From Perkinsela sp. CCAP 1560/9 (taxonomy: Eukaryota > Protista > Euglenozoa: Kinetoplastea): a stretch of DNA of 27,333 nucleotides. Positions 22,278-27,333 of this stretch are shown here, one piece after another. Under the pieces are notes generated by a model. It made no database searches, was not told the DNA's origin, and was given only the letters and a program-made list of their open reading frames with translations. Within the stretch, counting starts at the first letter, position 1, and each line of letters begins with the position of its first letter. The DNA is taken from assembly GCA_965644495.1 (NCBI GenBank), contig CBFFSA010000071.1, positions 1 through 27,333 on the forward strand, written 5' to 3'. A program made the translations under genes and the position numbers.

Positions 22278-22664
22278 GAAACTTTCGAAATCAAATCAGT
22301 TCATCTTCTTCACTTTTGATTGAACTTGCCATTATTGTCGATATTACTCCGTAATTTGTTTTTGGTTTTTGTTTTTTGGTTTTTGTTTTGTTTTTTGTTT
22401 TGTTGTCATTTTTGAAAATAAACTTCTTCATTTTTTCGCATTCCCCTTGACTTTTTTTACACACCCTTGAAAACTCTCCCAAATCATCTTTCAACACAGT
22501 GAAAAGTTGTCAGAACTGAAATATCAATTTTGCAAGTTTTTAATGATGAAATCAATTGTTTTTTTCTCTTTCAGACCTCTCACAATCCCTGAAAGATATC
22601 TACAACTCTCAGATTTGAAAAAAAAAAACCAGATTCCTTGTTAGGGGGAACAACTCATCGGCAA

Positions 22665-23932
22665 ATGTCCAACAACCGAAAAAACTACTGCAGCATCCAA
22701 TTTCGTTCAAATTTTAGAATCAATTTTATTGATTCCAGTTCTTTTAAAATCCCAAATTTTAGTTCCAACAGACACTTTCCAAATGAGATTGAAGTTTCAC
22801 AAAAAAAAAAAAATTGGTTCTCAAAAAGAAAAAAAAGGGAAAAAAGAATATTTCCAAATAAAGACTCGAAGGATCCTTCCAGTCCAAACAAAGGTTTCGA
22901 CATCAGCACCAGCGTTTTCGCTGATATTGAAAAAGAGGTTGAAAGGATCAGAGAGGGTTTGCCACCAATGTAACCAACCAAGAAGCACAAATGAGGTGCT
23001 TTTGTCACACTGTCTTGGAGATTTTCTTTTCTCTTTCCACTGATGTTTCTCGAAAATCCCGGTCGACCACAAAAACCTTGACTCTCTCATGGACACAGCA
23101 CTCTTCCCACTCACATCGAACTGAGGAACGACGTCGATCTCAACTTCTGAAAGCAATTGAATTTCTGTACCATACTCACCAAAGAAATTTAATTGGGTTC
23201 ACTCACCCCTGAGAATGCAAAACTGATTGTGCAATCCCAATCCTTCAAGGATTGCACACCAACCCTCATTTTCGAGAGGGAATTCAGTCGATAATTCAAC
23301 TTGATCTGAGTCGTTGGGAAGTGGATGAAGGGCCCGAGGTTGGGTGGTTGATCACACAAAGATGAGCAAGTATTTTTTTATCTTCTTTTTATCTCAAATT
23401 TGCGAATCACTCAGAGGTTGCTGCGATTTCAGTGCAAAACAGCAAACCATTCATCCCACCGAAACAATTGGGCTCTATCAGATCCGGCTCCGATGTAAAT
23501 ACTCTGAAAAGTATCTGTGGTTCCCAGTTTGAAAACTGATGAGAGTGTTCCTCATGGATTTCGGTCTCTATGTGATATCTTCTTCATAACCGAGTTTCTT
23601 TGTATCTGACAGTCCCTCTCTTCAAAGATGATTGGATTTAGCTTCATCGGTGGCACAACTTGAGTGGGGATAAGTATATTCTTGTTAGTATTTTTGTTGA
23701 TGGAGCCCCCAAACAAATGAGGAGGGATGACCAACATTATGGCAAGAGTTCTGAATTTTCGAGGCTGTGCTCTCCAAGACATGAGTTAAGACATGTCTTG
23801 GGTTGGGGGAACTGATCTTGGTGAAAAATCAGAACAAATCCGAACAGTTTTCATGATTTTGATAAAGAAATTGAAAAATTGCAGGAGGACTCTGAGCTTC
23901 AACTTTCGCTATTTCTTTATTCCAAATGGTGA
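22665..23932 (+). pseudogene. Decayed ubiquitin-specific protease (peptidase C19)-like gene
   Basis: USP-like segments occur in the expected order across stops and frameshifts: IGFTHP*ECKTDCAIPILQGLHTNPHFREGI (Cys-box-like), KYFFIFFLSQICESL, IGLYQIRLRCKY, KYILVSIFV...QHY (His-box-like), LSLFLYSKW*. Divergent, so the assignment is tentative. Confidence 0.4.
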
Positions 23933-24541
23933 TCTCTCCATGCTTTTCTTTATTTGGGATCTCTGGTGGTGGGACTTATTATTCAATCCATTGGGCATTA
24001 TTTTGTTTGTTCATAATCTTTTAGGTTTCTCTTCATTTATTTTTTCAACAGCATAACCTTTGTCATGCAAATAAAGCAATTCTCAAGCAATTCAAGAAAA
24101 AACACTCTATCATATTCACTTTGAGAAAAATACTCGGAATTGGCGGCTTTGAATGGAAGGGGGACAATCAAATGAATTCTTGAGATCATGGAAATCAATA
24201 TTGTTCCTTCCTGTTTTGATTTCATTTTAGCATGATGAGGAGATTCCAATTCCTTTTACGACTTAAAGTTGGTGCCCTTGGATTTGCTTGCATCTGTTTA
24301 AGGATCATGTCACAATACTGGGACCAGCTGTTCAATCACAAAATCGAGAAGGGGAAGGTAATTCCAATGACAGAAGAGGAGATTCTTCAGGGACTCCAGC
24401 GTTTCTGCTGAAAGAGAGACTTTTTCTGGGTAAAAACTGTGGCTGATTTGAATATCTTTATTTGGCAGTGACGGTTCATATTTTGGAGGACAACTTTTTT
24501 CTAAAATCCGCTTTCAACTCCAATCCGCTCCCTCAAAAAAT

Positions 24542-24600
24542 TCCAAACAATCTCCAAACAATCTCCAAACAAAACAAAAGAACAAAACAAAAGAACAAAA
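24542..24600. repeat. Short tandem repeats (tccaaacaatc)x~2.7 and (aacaaaagaacaa)x~2
   Basis: Directly visible tandem duplications. Confidence 0.7.
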
Positions 24601-24672
24601 TCTGAAACAGCCAGCACACTTCAGCTCGCTTTGTTTGAAATACAAAAAAAAAATAGTCCCACACGATTTTGT

Positions 24673-27333
24673 TTATTGCAAAGGTAGGAATTTCTTCGAA
24701 CTCATCAAAAAATCGTGAACTTCTTGCCCAGTGTCTTTCCCTTCCTTAATTGCCCACACAACCAGAGACTGCCCACGTCTACAATCACCAGCAACAAACA
24801 CATTTCCAGTCGCATGATACTTATATTCACTCGTCTGGCTTGTCGTCAGTTTTCCTTGAGAAACTTTCAGGCCAAGAGAGGTTGGTTGTCGATCATCAGG
24901 ATCAATCTCCACCCCCGCATATCCAATCGCAAGCAGCGCCAAATCACACTTCCAAATTTTTGTTGAGTTTGGGATTTCCTTCCAGGACAACCCAGCTCGA
25001 GTGTAAACCCCTGGCTTCCGGGTCCATTCAACTTCAACTGTCTCAATACCCACCAGGTCCCCCTTCTCATTTTTCACAAAAGATTTTGTAAAAATGCAAT
25101 ACTTTCGAGGATCAGAACCTTGATGATGTGCCGCTTCCTCGTGCCCATATTCAACTCGAAAAACGCTTGGCCATGCTGGCCACTCATTCCCTTTCCCTCT
25201 TGTGAGTGGCGGTTTGAACATCAGAGAAAAGTTAGTCACACTTGCACAACCCTGTCTTACAGAAGTTGCAATACAATCACATCCTGTATCCCCTGCACCA
25301 ATAACTATGACGTTTTTTCCTTTTGCATTGAAGCGAGCGCGGGAACATGAACACGAGCAGTATTTATCGTCACTTTCGTTGAAGCAATCACACCGATCTC
25401 CTCGAACATTTGCATCAAGGACAGCTTGGGCAGAATGCAAAAAAGACATTGCATATTGTACCTGTGGTGCGTCAGAACCCGGAATTGGAAGTTCTCGAGG
25501 TTTCGTGGCTCCTGTTGCTACAATCACAGCGGAATATTTGCTTTTCATTGACTCCAATCCAAAAGCATCAATTTCAGAGTTCACAATAAATTTAACTCCC
25601 ATTTGCCTCAAAATATCAAGGCGTCTTTCAACAATCATTTTATCAAGTTTCACATTTGGGATCCCAAACCTCAACAACCCACCAATCGCTTCAGCTCTCT
25701 CGAAGACTGTAACTTGATGGCCATACGAAGCGAGCTTTTGAGCTGCTGCTAAACCCGCAGGACCTGAACCAATAATTGCCAAAGTAAAAGATGTGGGGGG
25801 AGGTTTCTGAGGTTGGACCCATCCACTCTTAAAAGCTCTCTCAATAATACTATTTTCAATATTCTTAATCGTAACTGCCTGATCAACAATAGAAAGGACA
25901 CACGCTCCTTCACAAGGAGCAGGACAAACCCGCCCAGTGAACTCAGGAAATGGGTTCGTTTCAGAAAGACGTTCATAGGCCAGTTTCCATTGATCGCTGT
26001 GAACGAGAGAGTTCCATTCCGGGATTTTATTATCAACTGGACAACCATACTCTGAGTGACAAGTTGGAATCCCACAATCCATACAACGGGCAGCCTGAGC
26101 AAATCTTTTGTTATCTGTCTCATGGGGAACCCAAATTTCTTCCCAGTCTTTCACCCTCTTTTTAACAGAGCGATACTTCTCTGCATTTCGAGAAATCTTC
26201 ATAAACCCTTTGAGTTTGTTCTCCACCAGACCAGGAGTAACACCTAAATCTTCGATGTCACCAATTTCTGGAGAGGCCTGCTTTTTGTAGATCGTTGAAA
26301 GAAACTCGCCCTCCAATTCAGCATTGCTGGATTCCTCTTGTTCTTTCTTGTTCTGTTCCTCATTTTTGTGGCCTTGTTCCTCTTTGAGTTTTGCAATTTG
26401 AATAGCGTATTGAGTTGGGACAACACGTACAATTTTTTTGTGTTCCTCAGTGTCACTCAAGATCCTCTTGGCTGTAACACTTCCTGTTGTCTGTGCATAC
26501 TCGCTCAACAAACTCCAAAAATCTTGATCGAAATCGTCGCAGTTTCCTGAAGGTTTCACATATTTACAACACTTGAATGCTGGATTTGACAAAAGTGACT
26601 CCATCAAAGAGTCGGATGGTTGATAGATCCAAACAACACCCCCACTCATCCCAGCACCAAAATTTCGACCAACTCTTCCCAAGATGATAATTTTTCCCCC
26701 AGTCATATATTCTAGGAGAAAAAATTAATGGAGAAGGAAAAAAAAAATCAACATAAAAAAAATCAAACCACAAGCATGATCTCCAACACCTTCACAGATT
26801 GCATGTGCACCACTGTTCCTAACAGCGAATCGATCAGCCACCATCCCGTGAAAAAAAGCCTTTCCCTCAATTGCACCATACAAGACAACATTACCAGCAA
26901 TTACATTCTTTTCTGGGAGATACCCTTCACGCGACCGAGGAGGAGCGATAATCACCTTCCCACCTGACAACCCCTTTGCCACAAAGTCATTTGCATCTCC
27001 TCGTAATTCAACAGTGACACCACGAATAAGCCATGCAGCAAATGACTGTCCCGCTGATCCAGTAAAAAGGAAAGTAACTTGTGGGAAGTGTGCAGGAAAG
27101 CCGTCATCTCCACACAGAGATGCAATCTCAAAACTCAACATTGTTCCAACTGTTCGATCAATACTGCAGATCTTAATTGGACCAAATGTCTGTGACTCCC
27201 CAAAGTCGCCCAAGGGTTTCTGTTGAGAAATGGCTGACAAAAGTGGAGCAACACTTTTCAAGAGTTGTTGGTCCACAACGTCATCTAATCCCCTGGGTCG
27301 GAGCGTCCCCACAAAATGCAAAGGCTGTTCCAC
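24673..27333 (-). CDS. GLT1: NADH-dependent glutamate synthase (fused alpha+beta, eukaryotic type), 3' part; intron 26768-26712
   Basis: GXGXG domain (GSAGQSF, GDANDFVAKGLSGG, RFAVRNSGA, EGVGDHAC|EYMTGG restored by a 57-bp GT-AG intron). Beta domain: QAARCMDCGIPTC, NPFPEFTGRVCPAPCEGAC, GSGPAGLAAA, GAGDTGCDC, AGDCRRGQSLVVWAI. Confidence 0.97.

Larger units (their letters stand above)
14403..23932. mobile_element. Putative multigene DNA transposon or derived island: orphan ORF, TET/JBP-like dioxygenase, RAG1-like transposase, USP-like pseudogene
   Basis: Cluster of intron-poor, non-housekeeping ORFs around a transposase, breaking an otherwise all-minus-strand run of host genes between dynamin and glutamate synthase. 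TIRs and TSD not identified, so boundaries are approximate. Confidence 0.5.

Noticed and set aside
22495-22501. Perfect RSS heptamer CACAGTG about 220 bp downstream of the RAG1-like stop codon
   Set aside because: No nonamer at 12- or 23-bp spacing, and I found no matching inverted partner (CACTGTG...) on the left side of the block. A single 7-mer is expected by chance in 27 kb. Worth rechecking once other copies define the ends.
23933-24540. Coding-like sequence with short ORFs on both strands
   Set aside because: May be another decayed gene, but I recognised no motif and no consistent frame.
14403-24600. A RAG2-like partner gene
   Set aside because: No kelch-repeat or PHD pattern is visible in any neighbouring ORF.
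14290-24670. Imperfect inverted match aaaatcctgtggtgccta (14290-14307) versus tagtcccacacgatttt (24654-24670) bracketing the accessory block
   Set aside because: Short and gapped, lacks the CAC terminus typical of Transib/RAG ends, has no evident TSD, and the right copy lies 2 bp from the glutamate synthase stop codon.
1-27333. CRISPR arrays, tRNA or rRNA genes
   Set aside because: No repeat-spacer array or recognisable structured RNA gene was seen; the sequence is eukaryotic with spliceosomal introns.

Overview
Gene-dense eukaryotic DNA with short T-rich GT-AG introns. A DymA-like dynamin suggests an amoebozoan-type protist (inference). From left to right: (1) the 3' end of a Ty3/Gypsy LTR retrotransposon (integrase with a degenerate chromodomain, PPT, ~0.9-kb 3' LTR); (2) five minus-strand host genes (SAM-SAM-PB1 protein, a large RD/RGG/polyQ protein, a 193-aa unknown protein, an apparently catalytically dead Rrp6-like protein, a Drp1/DymA-like dynamin); (3) a ~10-kb accessory block; (4) the 3' half of a fused NADH-glutamate synthase gene. 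The accessory block is the main result. It holds an orphan ORF, a TET/JBP-like 2OG-Fe(II) dioxygenase, a head-to-head 1537-aa RAG1/Transib-like DDE transposase with intact catalytic and zinc residues, and a decayed USP-like peptidase. By-eye counts suggest it is CpG-poor relative to the flanking genes. It looks like a RAG1-family transposon carrying a DNA-base-oxidising enzyme. No convincing terminal inverted repeats were found, so the element boundaries are unproven. All exon structures and motif alignments were done by eye.
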